DNA of 63,592 nt, the filler included, from Octopus bimaculoides (lineage: Eukaryota), in the NCBI RefSeq assembly GCF_001194135.2. It is 7 parts of 7 records of this genome, joined end to end, with 100 filler letters (N's around TTAATTAATTAA, not from the genome) between each part and the next. Parts side by side here need not be neighbours in the genome. Positions count along the whole stretch, not along the records: positions 1 to 14,415 come from NC_068996.1; 6 more parts are not named here. One strand, 5' to 3'. How positions within the stretch are numbered: the stretch's first letter is position 1; each line of letters begins with the position of its first letter. The notes under the pieces were generated by a model, which made no database searches, was not told the DNA's origin, and saw nothing but the letters and a program-made list of their open reading frames with translations. Made by a program: the position numbers and the translations under genes. Below, piece by piece: positions 1 to 11,917 of this stretch.

Positions 1-157
1 TACCAAATCCACTTATATGACTTCCAATGGATCATTCTTGCAGCATTGTCATGTCACCTTTTGTTATCGCGTTGTGCCAATCTCGAGCATTCCCTAACTA
101 TGTGCCATATTGTTTCACCCCTCTCACCACACATTTTGCATTTGTCACTCTCATTTG

Positions 158-163
<6 letters not shown>
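1..163 (-). mobile_element. R4/Dong-like non-LTR retrotransposon fragment (CCHC zinc knuckle, R/HD motif), 5'-truncated at an (AAT)n tract
   Basis: Minus strand reads TNESDKCKMCGERGETIWHIVRECSRLAQRDNKR, then after a frameshift HDNAARMIHWK. This is the C-x2-C-x8-H-x4-C knuckle and RHD motif of RLE elements. It abuts (ATT)n at ~160-208. Confidence 0.85.
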
Positions 164-208
<45 letters not shown>

Positions 209-539
209 TAGTTATCCCTCTTTCAATTTCGTTTCCATTTCTTGCCAAGTGTCTTCGCGACGCCTAAGGCAAAGAAACTTGCTGTATACAGTGTTAGGCC
301 GTTAAAATAAATATTCAAATTGTTCATTTACAAAATCAAATGAAGTTACGTAGAGAAACAAAAATTATTTACATGGGTGGTAATCGTACATCACACGTAT
401 GCTCTTCTCAATACGTGTGATGTACCAGTTAAAACAATCATTTGCACTTCTTGTAGGGATGGTAAGCAAGGGATCATCCTCAGATAATTTTCTGTTCCTT
501 TTTTGATAATTCCTACAATCATTGTGATTGTAACCGCCT

Positions 540-2332
540 AGAGATGCCATATTTTTAAAAATTTCAATGAGTTGTCAAATTCTTTTGCCGAGATATTATG
601 ATCACAAGGAACACTCATGTCGATCAATAAACAGACTTTATTATTTTGGTATTTCACAACAATATCCGGTTTATTAGCTTTAATGATTTAGTCTGAATGT
701 ACTGGAAACTCCCAAAGAATCGTTACATTTTCTCCCTCAGTTACAGCTTCAGGATGGTGCTTATACCACTTGTCAACAGTTTTGGTTTTATAGTGCCGAC
801 ACATTAACCAATGTAGATATTGACCAACTCTGTCATGTCTCGATTTGTACTCTACTAATGATAAAACTTTACCTCCTGGTATTAAGTAGTTTACTGTTTT
901 AATTTCATCATTGCAGTATCGGCATTTTGGATCTCATCATATAGGCTTGGTAGTTTCGAGTCAATAAGCTTTGAGCTTGAGCAGCTAAGATGCAGGCTTT
1001 GCTCACTGCTTTTAACCCTGAGTTTCATAGCAACTGATAGGTGTGCTTCTGGTCAACAACAACTTGTTTGCTTCGGGATACATATTTGCGTGCAGAGGTT
1101 TCTGCTCCCTTCTACCAGCCAATTGTTCATGCGCTTTTTCTTTGACATTAATTTTGCTTTCTTTGCAACGCAACAACAGTTGCCACACTTGCCTCAGGCT
1201 GTTCAACCTGGGTATTATTCATGAAATCAATAACACAAATTTTGCTCTCCTTCAAGATAGAACGAAACTTCTTACGCATCTCATGCTTTTCAACAGTCTT
1301 AACATCCAATCGTTAGTTGTGGTAGTTTTGTAAGAAAGTTCAAAGTGGATCAAGTCATGACCTACTTGCGCTCTGAGAAGATAAAGACGATCCGCGTTTG
1401 CCTTTGGATTGTGCACCTTATTGAAAGTCAGCAGCTTACGTGTTTTTCTATTAATTTTCTTTATTTCATTCCAGTTTAACACATTGAATCTACGAGTAAC
1501 AACTAGAACTGCTAAAGAATTTATGGTTAACACCCCCTTATGTGGGTTTAGCTCAGATTTTAGAATTGCTCGAACTCTGCTATAACATTCCGCGCTGATC
1601 TCTGTCATGCTTGCATGCTGAATGCCAGAGCCTTCATTTATTCATAGATATTTGTAGGTTTGTTCCTGTTCAAGTTCTTTTATAACTGTGTCGACATCAA
1701 ATACAACTGAATTGTTCCTTTCTTAATTTCCCTTTCTGATAAGTGGCCTTGTCACACTTATCTAGACCAAACTCCATCCCAATGTCATCACTGAATGTTT
1801 TCCCAGTACGAAATAGGCCTTCAAGCTCATCATTGTCTTTGCCAGAATTTTAAGTCGTCCATATAAAATAGCTGGCTTATTTTCCTGTTCTGTTAAGTTG
1901 ACTTGTTAGGGGTATTAGAGCTAGACAAAAAATTAAAGGTGAAAGTGAGCCACTTTGGAAAATTCTACAGTTGAAGCTAATATTGTTTTAAGGTAGTACT
2001 CCGCTGGAATGATATAATTGGAGATTCGTTTTACATAATGACATATTACACAAGAAATTTTGGAGATGTTCCAGCGATTCCAGGATCCCTGAATGTTACA
2101 TATTGTCAAAAGTTCCATGTGGAACTGAGATTTCTGCACCTGTTATGACAGCTTCTCTAGTTACTTTTATGTTGTCTTGACCTTGTATATTTCTCAAACT
2201 CTCTTGGACTTCATGCAGCCATTCCGCTTTATCATTAAGCTTTACAGGTTGATCTCACATTTCTTCCCTGAATGCCCTGCTTTCAGCTGGTATCAATGTT
2301 AGGTGTAACTGTCCATCTAGTTATTCGAACGG

Positions 2333-2364
<32 letters not shown>

Positions 2365-2760
2365 TTTGATTGGCTTCAAACAATCTGTTCTGCCTGAATT
2401 GTTTTGTTCTGTTGTCTTATTTTTCCAGTTTTGCCTTCATTGTTACTGCTCTTTGTTTTAATTCTTCCGATATCACTTACCCTTTATCTCTTATTCTATA
2501 CGTTATTTCCAGTCTTATTCTTAAGCTTTGGATTTCAATTCGCCTCTTTTCAGTCTATCAACTTGTCCCAAATGTCTTTTTAGCTTTGTTTATCACAAAT
2601 TCGTCTACGCCAGTAATGGTTCTTTACGTTCTCTTTGTTCACTTCTTTTGTATACAAATCTTTTCATGACAATCTTAGCTGCAGCTTGATAATCTTGTTG
2701 GTTTCAGTTATATCTCCCATCTGGAATAGTCCAAAGACAGTTTCTATCTTTTCGGTTTAA
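540..2760 (-). mobile_element. Degenerate R4/Dong-like element: N-terminal region, RT (YMDD), thumb, RLE endonuclease
   Basis: Minus-strand motifs in order: ELKQRAVTMKAKLEK*DNRTKQFRQNRLFEANQ (~2360-2465); FQSGSLSP (degenerate FQGDSLSP, ~1935-1960); LFYMDDLK (YMDD 1854-1865); FSDDIGMEFGLDKC; ILKSELN...RKTRKLL...DRLYL (ORF 1252-1608); RHDRVGQYLHW (~806-841); TILWEFPVHSD*IIKANKPDIVV...LIDMSVP (~610-740). Many stops and frameshifts. Confidence 0.85.
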
Positions 2761-2829
2761 ACTTTTAGCTTGCGCCTATCAACATACCTCAGGCTGGAAG
2801 TGGGGGGAAGCTAGTGAACCTGGTCTTCT

Positions 2830-3270
2830 CTAATATATCGGTACATCATCCTAACTAATTCTTTGATCATCATCGTATTTTTGTTATATAACTATTATCT
2901 ACCACAACAATATCTGGTCTCCGACCATCGATTAGGGAGTCACACTGGGAGTCAAATTTATATTCACTGTTTTCAGTGACGCCCTCTGGTTCATGTTTGT
3001 ACCATTTCCGTGTTCAGCCTAGACCGTAATTTTCATACAGTCTCCAGTGAACAAATTTATCTACGTTATCGTGCCACCTTTTCTGGTGCTTTTGGGTCAG
3101 CTTGTCACACTCATTCACAATATGTGAGATTGCTTCGTCTTGATGTTGCACATACTACAAAAGGGCGATTCACTGCTCTTATCTATTTGGAACTTCATGT
3201 AATTAATTCTCAGAGAGTTTCCCTGGGTTCTGCATATCAGTGCCTCAGTGCATCCCTTCAGATCACTTTT
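2830..3270 (-). mobile_element. Second R4/Dong-like C-terminal fragment (zinc knuckle plus RLE start)
   Basis: Minus strand, with frameshifts: KSDLKGCTEALICRTQGNSLRINYMKFQID; CSMC...HIVNEC; WHDNVDKFVHW; KWYKHEPEGVTEN; CDSLIDGRRPDIVVVDN. Confidence 0.8.
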
Positions 3271-3674
3271 TCTTAGCTATCTCCAGGTGTTGGTTTTGTT
3301 TTTCCTTCGATTTCTTCGATTGCCTATGCATTGTTTTTATTTTCCAGTTGTTTACACTTCCTTCTCCATTTTGTTTCTTAAATGCTTTTTTTTTGGGGGG
3401 GGGGGGATCACATTTTCGGTACTATTATTATTGTTGTTGTTGTTATTGTTGTTGCTGTTGTGATTATCATTATTTTTATGACCACTATCACCATCATCAT
3501 CATTATTCGATAGAGGTCGATTCTGCTTTCATTCTTTTGGGATCGATAAAGTAAGCACTTGTTGAGCACTGGAGTCGATGTATTCGACAAGAGCCGTCGT
3601 CACAAAATGTCACGCCTTGTATCTATTGTAGAAAAGAATATTATTACTATTATTACTATGAGTGCTGTTATTTT

Positions 3675-3705
<31 letters not shown>

Positions 3706-4201
3706 ATCATTATTAACGTGGTTGTTCGTTCGTCTCGTTGACATTATGAGTATACACACAGAGAAAACAGAAAAAGAAAAGCGACCGCCTGGTGGAATTT
3801 ATTTAAAACTTGTAATTTAACATTTACTCACATCCCACTGTTAAAAATAAATGACCAGAGCGAGTATTTAGACGACCTTACGGCTTGCTGTATTTATACA
3901 GTTTTACTTACTCTAGTTTTGTTAGTAAATCTTCTAAATCATCAGGTCAAAGTCAACACACATACATGAAATTAAACTATACACTCACGCCTTCAAGGCT
4001 AAAACAGATTTTTAAAAACCATTATATTCCTTACAAAACCAAATACACATGTTTAATTTCTGAGTATAAACTGAGTTCTGGGGTCGACTTTGTGTATCAT
4101 ACCCCCGATATCGATAAAATAAAGTATCAGTCAAGTACTGGGGTCGATTCCATCAAATAACCCTCTCCGCTCAAAACAGTTTGTATGCCTAAATCAAAAA
4201 C

Positions 4202-4261
<60 letters not shown>

Positions 4262-4262
<1 letters not shown>

Positions 4263-4782
4263 GAGTGAGAGAGTAGTGGATGCCATAAAAGTGACGCTGG
4301 GATACAAATGTACGAAGCCCAACATATCCATCATGATTACCCGTCTGATAAGGGTACACCAAGCACATGCATCACAATCATATGTGCACGACAAGGTGAT
4401 CATATATCGAGATAAACAGCGCATGACCTTCCAGGTGGGGCCCAGTTAGGATTTTCTTCAGGTCGAGTGGCCCATCCCGCTCAAAAGATCCTTGAATAAG
4501 AGTTGTTTAAGGATGTTGAACGAAACACCCATGTTTCCAAAGGTGAATTATCCAAACCCCAAAGAATTCTTCTCAACACATGGCTATGATGCTCCCCCAC
4601 TACTTCTGCTCATGATCAGAGATGCACATATCATCAGCCACTAAGGGACATGCTCAACTGGTTATGGTCAAACGACTGACAAGCAAATCTGTGGTATTAA
4701 GCAGAATTTTTGCTGTAGCCCATATTTTATACCAAGACAATACAATGTAGATGATAAGCCATGAAAGCCACTGCCTGTATTG
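4262..4782. mobile_element. Unclassified ~520-bp dispersed repeat flanked by (ATT)n and (GTT)n
   Basis: Complex sequence bounded by microsatellites. Positions ~4623-4725 match ~44078-44180 in this window, so it is dispersed. Confidence 0.65.
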
Positions 4783-4802
4783 CTGTTGTTGTTGTTGTTA
4801 TA

Positions 4803-4995
4803 TAAGGCGGTGTGCTGGAAGAACAGTTAGTACATCGGACAAAATGCTTACAAATATTTCGTCCGTCTTTACGTTCTGAGTTCAAATGCAGCCGAGGTTG
4901 ACTTTGCCTTTCAACCTTTCGGACTCGTTGAAATAAGTACCAGTTTAGAACTTCACCAAAAGTTCAGGCCTTATGCCTACGATAGAAAGATTTAT
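4803..4995 (+). mobile_element. tRNA-derived SINE, family B
   Basis: AAGGCGG...TGG.AGAA head, GAGTTCAAAT B-box, GAGGTTGACTTTGCCTTTCA core, (ATT/GTT)n tail; many copies in the window. Confidence 0.8.
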
Positions 4996-5014
4996 TGTTG
5001 TTGTCGTCATCATT

Positions 5015-5053
<39 letters not shown>

Positions 5054-5054
<1 letters not shown>

Positions 5055-5240
5055 AGGCGGCGAGTTGGCAGAATTGTTAGCAGCCGGGTACAATGCTTAA
5101 CGACATTTCGTCCGTCTTTGTGTTCTGAGTTCAAATTCCACCGAAGTCCTTTTTAGGTTGATAACATAAATACCTGTTGAGTACTGGAGTCAATGTAATC
5201 GACTTACCACATCTTCAAAATCGCTGGTTTTGTGCGAAGT
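5054..5240 (+). mobile_element. SINE family B
   Basis: AAGGCGGCGAGTTGGCAGAATTGTTAGC...GAGTTCAAATTCC. Confidence 0.8.
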
Positions 5241-5765
5241 TATTATTGTTGTTGTTGTTGTTGTAGCTTTCTTTTAACATTAGCTAGATAACAAATATCT
5301 TCCGAGCGACAACCAGTAACCTAGGACAGGCGCTACAACGCAATGTTATTCTTCAGCACAGCTTCCAGTCGTGTTAGGGAAGCGATGATGTGGGAGGGAA
5401 TAAAAAACCTACAAATCAGTCTTTGACAGGTCAGGATGGACGCATGCTGCGCGGTTCCTAGCAAATATCTGCGGTTTTTTCAGCAGCACTAGATAACACA
5501 GAATGAGATTGCATTTACAGGGAGAAGAATTTACATAAAATATGTCAAGTACCCATAAGTATAATCTTTTGCATTTCACTTATTTTGGGGGCTGCCAGGT
5601 CTGCGTGTTTATTTGCTCCTTTTGATATTATTCCAAATGTTTCAATAACAACGGATAACGTTGCTTTCAGATACCACGCTTTTGTGATTTCTATCTCCAA
5701 GTCCTTATAGTGGCTCACTGTTGTTGTTGTTGTTGTTGTAGTTGTTGTTGTTGTTGTTGCTGTTT

Positions 5766-5797
<32 letters not shown>

Positions 5798-5859
5798 TTT
5801 TCCTTGTAGGTAAAAATGCACCGGAGTCTTTACTCATCTGTGAAGTCATAACAAGGGCC

Positions 5860-6013
5860 CCGGGTAAAAAGCTTTGCGGCATTTCTCCAGTCTTATGTTC
5901 TGAGTTCAAATTCCGCCAGGGTCGATAAAATAAGTACCAGCGTAGTACTGGGGTTGATATAATCAACTAAACCCCTCCCCAGAAATTTCTGGCCTTGCGC
6001 CAAAATTTGAAAC

Positions 6014-6015
<2 letters not shown>
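5860..6015 (+). mobile_element. SINE family B ending in (ATT)n
   Basis: GAGTTCAAATTCCGCC...GTCGATAAAATAAGTACCAG...GGCCTTGCGCCAAAATTTGAAACC(ATT)n. Confidence 0.8.
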
Positions 6016-6110
<95 letters not shown>

Positions 6111-6112
6111 TA

Positions 6113-6463
6113 TTGCCTTTGCACAGCTTCTAACGCTGGAGATGTACTACAGTGTCAGCTGTTCACTACCAGTGAACTAAGGTAACACCTCTTATTTTTC
6201 GAGCACCTTCCGGAATATTCGGGCGGTTCCAAGCAGTGTTGTTTTCTGCAAGTGCTCCACTATTACTGCAGCCCCTATTTGTTCCACGTACCTCTCGAGA
6301 TTTTTGCTCACTGTTGCCAGGGCTCCGACAATTATTGGTACTACTGCTACCTTTTTCATCGACCACAACTGCTTAACCTCCCTAGCTAACCTGTCATATC
6401 TCTCGACTTTTCTTTTTTCCTTATCGCATACCTTCTTGTCAGCTGGGCATGCTATTTCAATGA
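6113..6463 (-). mobile_element. R4/Dong-like 3' end: RLE C-terminus, short 3'UTR, (AAT)n tail
   Basis: ORF 6192-6482: KIIEIACPADKKVCDKEKRKVERY...VVPIIVGALATV...LQKTTLLGTARIFRKVLEK*. About 80 nt of UTR, then (TAA)n at 6016-6112. Confidence 0.9.
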
Positions 6464-6550
6464 TCTTACCACACATCCACACCAGTTAAAATTAACTACA
6501 TATATGATGTACTTGACAAAAAAGTACTGGACATTGTATGAATGGTGATC

Positions 6551-6660
6551 AACTGGTATGGATGTGCGGTAAGAAGCCTGTTTCCCAGTCATATGGTCTT
6601 GAGTCCAGTCCTACTGCACGGTACCTAATATAAGTGTCTTGATACTCAATACAGTAGACC
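6551..6660 (+). mobile_element. SINE family A head (degenerate)
   Basis: GATGTGCGGTAAGAAG...GAGTCCAGTCCTACTGCACGGTACC...AAGTGTCTT matches heads at 17931 and 18562. Confidence 0.6.
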
Positions 6661-7624
6661 AATATTGGGGGAATTTCAACCATGTTTCGTGGTCTGCTAC
6701 CACAACAGCTCCTTTATAGGATCCAGTTAGCTCAAGACATCATCAGGAGGAACCACGTCCGGTTTCGGCCCCTACTCCTCTACCGTTTTGACGTGGCGGG
6801 GCTCCTCCTTTCGGAGGTGTCTTCAGCTTTGGTGTTGGGTGCATGTCTTCTTTCACTGTTTGTGACTGTTCTAATTCAACTGTGGAATGTCCCTCGCTAT
6901 GGTTATTTTCCAGGAGGTTCTGGCCACACGTCTTACGGTTCATCAACCCGCGTTGTTGAATTACTTTCTTCNNNNNNNNNNNNNNNNNNNNNNNNNNNNN
7001 NNNNNNNNNNNNNNNNNNNNNNNNNNNNNNNNNNNNNNNNNNNNNNNNNNNNNNNNNNNNNNNNNNNNNNNNNNNNNNNNNNNNNNNNNNNNNNNNNNNN
7101 NNNNNNNNNNNNNNNNNNNNNNNNNNNNNNNNNNNNNNNNNNNNNNNNNNNNNNNNNNNNNNNNNNNNNNNNNNNNNNNNNNNNNNNNNNNNNNNNNNNN
7201 NNNNNNNNNNNNNNNNNNNNNNNNNNNNNNNNNNNNNNNNNNNNNNNNNNNNNNNNNNNNNNNNNNNNNNNNNNNNNNNNNNNNNNNNNNNNNNNNNNNN
7301 NNNNNNNNNNNNNNNNNNNNNNNNNNNNNNNNNNNNNNNNNNNNNNNNNNNNNNNNNNNNNNNNNNNNNNNNNNNNNNNNNNNNNNNNNNNNNNNNNNNN
7401 NNNNNNNNNNNNNNNNNNNNNNNNNNNNNNNNNNNNNNNNNNNNNNNNNNNNNNNNNNNNNNNNNNNNNNNNNNNNNNNNNNNNNNNNNNNNNNNNNNNN
7501 NNNNNNNNNNNNNNNNNNNNNNNNNNNNNNNNNNNNNNNNNNNNNNNNNNNNNNNNNNNNNNNNNNNNNNNNNNNNNNNNNNNNNNNNNNNNNNNNNNNN
7601 NNNNNNNNNNNNNNNNNNNNNNNT

Positions 7625-8230
7625 TCCATATGACTAAGTTTGGTCTTTTTGTCGTTTTTATAAGTGGAAAAATTGCTAGACTTCCCAAATCCGTGGCCAG
7701 CTCCCAGTATCCCTTCCATCTTTCGTCCATCTCGTATATTTTATTTGGAGGCCTGATCTTATGTCCTTTTCCCTCCTGGAAGTATATTTTCCTGCGTTTT
7801 TCCACTTTGGGGTACTCTCCCCTATTGTATCCCTCGATCTTCTTGAGTGTTGCGCTTATGACGCCGAGGACTTGATTATGGCGCCATGTATACCTTTCTA
7901 GTGCTAGTCTGCAGCTTGACAGAACGTGTCTCACCGTCGCTTTCTCTCCGCATCAACATTCATCGGTTGTTTTTATGTTTCAGTATTTGGTTGCAGTTGA
8001 TCACACACTTACATGATGTTTCGTAGCCGACAAAAGTGACCATACACATGATGTCCAATAGTAGGCCAGAATAGATCACGTATTTACATGTTGTCCTGTG
8101 ATGGACAAACATTGACTACACACTTCATATGACGTCCATTTTAGTTAACTCGTACTTAACTGATGCCCAGTCTTAAACCTAATTTTATCTCATATTTGGT
8201 GTCCAGTATGTATAGACTCAATTGTGCATC
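7625..8230 (-). mobile_element. HERO-like RLE non-LTR retrotransposon fragment, running into an assembly gap
   Basis: TDEC*CGEKATVRHVLSSCRLALERYTWRHNQVL...WELATDL...FPLIKTTKRPNLVIW. The knuckle, RYTWRHNQVL and (T)xRPDLVIW-like motifs are typical of HERO-clade elements. Confidence 0.75.
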
Positions 8231-9042
8231 CGGCTACTTTCAATGAGAAACATTCTCAGAGATAACAACATGGCTTATTAAAAAATATTTATTAGGGACA
8301 GAAGCAGTATTAATGCCGAGAAGCAATATTTATCCCCACTTGAACGTGGATGTTCTGTTGGAACAAAGTATACTATGGTAGATACCACGAGAGAAACTCT
8401 CATATTGGCTTTTGTTGCAAAGTGCCCTCTCGTTTATATTGCTTGCGGTGAGATAAATCCATGTCACCTCCAGTACCTAAACCATCAGATCACGTGATTT
8501 CTACCTTCCTTGGTCTTGTCAATGATGGACGCTTGACCGCTAGAGAGAGAGAAGGGAGAAGGAGAAAGAAAGAAAGTAAGAAAGAAAGAAAGAAAGAAGG
8601 AAGGAAAGAAAGAAAGAGAGCAACAGTTTATCACCCACCATCAGTCACAGATTATATCTGCCATCTGCATAATCTCCACTTGATTGAAGAGTACCAGGAG
8701 ACGATGACAATGCCAACTGACAAGATATAATCATAAGACGTACACTATAATCGAAATATTATGTCTTGGAGAAAGGGAGCACAAGAATCAAGGAAACTGT
8801 AACATTCTTATGACTTTATATGGTAAATACACTTATATCACTCCATTACCTATGTGGCAACACAGAAATTGGTCCCCATTTTGCTCTTGTACAAGGCGCA
8901 AACTCATTTGGTATTTATAGTTGTTTAGTCTCAAGTCAGCTTTGATGTAAAAACAAGGGTGTGTGTCCATCTTGTTTCTTTCGATGTGTCGCATCTGAGG
9001 TCTCTTTGCGTAGGCCAGAGGAAGCATGGCTTTTGTGTAGAA

Positions 9043-9361
9043 TAGGGATTCTCAAACATTTTTTATCTATAGGCCCCTTTGGTTACTTTTTTATTCTGGT
9101 GGGTCTCCATAGCCATTTAATGTTTAAAAACTGGTTTTATAGAAGCATTTTTCAAAATACTTTTTTTTTCACGCATTAACTTGTTGAACTATGTAAAATA
9201 TTAGAGAAAGAAACCTAGCTGTTTCTTACAATACAAACCAATACATACATCTAAAGCAAAAATTTTTAAGGGGCCTTCAAAATTCTATTGTGGATCCCCA
9301 ATTTACTAATTTGTTACGAGGACTCCCAGGGACTATGTGGACCCCCAGTTGAGAACCACTG
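9043..9361. mobile_element. hAT (Charlie-like) MITE with a perfect 8-bp TSD
   Basis: Ends TAGGGATTCTCAAAC and GTTGAGAACCACTG. GTGTAGAA is duplicated at 9035-9042 and 9362-9369. Related copy at ~45146-45495. Confidence 0.9.
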
Positions 9362-10430
9362 GTGTAGAAGACTGAAAATTACTCGTGTATACAAATGTTC
9401 TCCTCCTCATGCCGATGTTGTCAAAAGGGAAGGACGCTGCCTTAGGACCGACACAGCTCTACATCAGAGGCTGCATGAGAAAGTAAGGCATCTCGTCCAA
9501 CGTTCTTTCAATTTCGCTAATCCATCGTTCTAGATTGACATATTTTAAATTTTATTAATCGACTCTGAAACACTAAAAGACAAAGTTGAAGATAGCGAAA
9601 TTTGAACGCAGCGACCAGAGGTTTCAGAACAAATGCCGTAAGACATTATTTTTAACCAACGCTTTAATGTCTCTGTGCAGTCACCACTTTAGTTGAATTT
9701 AAGAATATATTACCTAATGTGTACTTCCATTTATTTCTGCTCTTTTCCTTCTTTTTGTTTTTAAGATAGTATGTGTGAATTGGGTAAAATTTCAAGCTTT
9801 CCACCTGGTCGAACGACTACTACAGAAAGTGTTCCCTCGTTGGCCCGTGCAAACTCATTTTAACTCGACGATGTTCGCCACAGGATATTACATAATGATC
9901 GTGTAACACTTCACACCATAATTCTCCGGCTGGCAGCAGTGGTACATTCCCCACTCCGATGCCTCAAGCAGGGTCTCATATATTTTAACCTTTGATTTAT
10001 GCAATTCATACCCTGCATCTGTTACACTTACACGATATAAAACAACTTGTATGATTTAGAAGTAACTCTCTTCGAGACGGAAATATTAGCTCATACATTT
10101 ATTTTTGCAAACCATGTTTATTTTCCTCTTTCATTATTATCTTCCTTTATTTCTTCATATATACATAAATGTATTTGTATATATGTATATGAATATATTT
10201 ACATATATAATCCATTTGTAATTTCTATATTTTAGTTGGGCCTGTTTTTCCTTTCTTTCAAATGTATTTACTGTCACCTTCACTTTTTATTCCTTCTTAG
10301 TTCCTTTCCACATTCAATTTTTTTTTCTCTACCTTCCTAACGCTTGTTCTTTCTTTCTCATATCTAATAAGGACAACAACCTCTAATACTACAACTACTA
10401 TTACCACCATTACCATTACTACTAATAGTA

Positions 10431-10500
10431 CAACTACTACCACCCCACCACAACTACTGCCACCTCACCACAACTACTACCACCTCACCACAACTACCAT
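10431..10500. repeat. 20-bp tandem repeat, 3 copies
   Basis: CACC(C/T)CACCACAACTAC(T/C)xx three times at 10441-10500, within an ACT/ACC-rich tract. Confidence 0.8.
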
Positions 10501-11338
10501 GACGGCTGCTGTAGAAGAAAAGGTTTACTTCACAATCTAGTGTGGATATGTAAATTGAGGTGTCTTAGGGTCACTCACTCACTATATATATGTGTATATA
10601 TATAAACACACACAAATACACAGATTAAAGTAACCAATTCTTCTTCAAATGCCTCCCTGAAGTATAATATATATACACAAAAAAATGTTCTAATATATAC
10701 GTATATAAGCATATATGAGCTAGATCTGTTAGAAAATAACAGCCGAATCCCTCAAATTACCACACGGACTTATGAATATGTGTATTTGTATGTATACGCC
10801 TGTGACTGTGTTTGTGGGTATGTATGCTTAACAGCATACATATATGTTTAAGCCAATGAAAGAGTATTTACAAAGTAGCTAGGTGAGTAGAAATGACAAA
10901 ATCTCCTTTGAGTTACATTGTATATAATCTCAGAGTAGGCTACCACTATGTGTATGGCGGGAGGAACTGAAAAGTGCAATGTCGGCGCGAAAGAAGTTTG
11001 TTAGTGATTACGTGAATGTGTTGAAACCGAATCTCAGCATAATTGCTTTAGAGCTGGCAGAAGGAAATTGTCTAAAGGTAAAAGGAGGAAACTGACTGAA
11101 GGACAAAAACGGAACTGACGTTTGTTTCACAAATATGGCGAATATATACCTGTGATTAAACTGAACCGGGTCACTGAAATTGAGTTGAATTTGGTTTGTC
11201 CATTTTCACTTCTGTTTCGACTGTGGTAACGGAGTATTTATGGCAGATCAAGTAACTGAATTTTAAACGCATAATCAGAGAACAGTTTCGATCTTCTGTT
11301 GCGAATCTCTTATATATCCCTCACAACCACCATACTGC

Positions 11339-11434
<96 letters not shown>

Positions 11435-11917
11435 TGCGTGTATGTGTGTGTGTGTATTTCTTTTTTCTCTTTCCCTTTTTTATTTAAAGTAAATTTGACC
11501 GGCTACCTACTTGGTAGCAAGGTTGCGAAAGAAAGCATCTTGCTTTGCTCATCATCCTTGAAATCTTAAAAAGGTCTTCCAGATTTTTACAGTCCCAGAT
11601 ATCGTGATCATTTGTAGAGTATGAATTAAGGACTGGCGTTCTCTCCCCCAAGATCCCAAGTTCAGCCATACTTTGCTCCAGGCAGGTTGGTATGTATCCT
11701 GTTTCTCCAATAATAATAGGTATGAAGCCGAAAGTGTATCTTGGGTAGGGATTTGCAAACTCCATTAATGGTCTACAGATGTCCTCTTCGAACCATATTG
11801 ATGTCCAGAGGCAGCTGATTTCCACAACAGAACATATCTTTTTCTTGTGATCCCGTACGACAATATCTAGTCGGTTGTGTTTTAACTTGGTGGCTGTTTT
11901 AATTTTTAAAGTTCCAT

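Noticed and set aside
6715-6775. Type-II hammerhead (GAAA before CTGATGA) on the minus strand
   Set aside because: Stem I has only ~3 nt and the stem II arms (GGCC/TGTC) do not pair.
6682-7934. Long ORFs of 250-440 aa (also at 21952, 41164, 55146, 62016)
   Set aside because: Their length comes from N-gaps translated as X.
9480-9530. NDGLAKLKERWTRC (minus strand) resembling a mariner C-terminus
   Set aside because: Too short, with no supporting upstream motifs or TIR.
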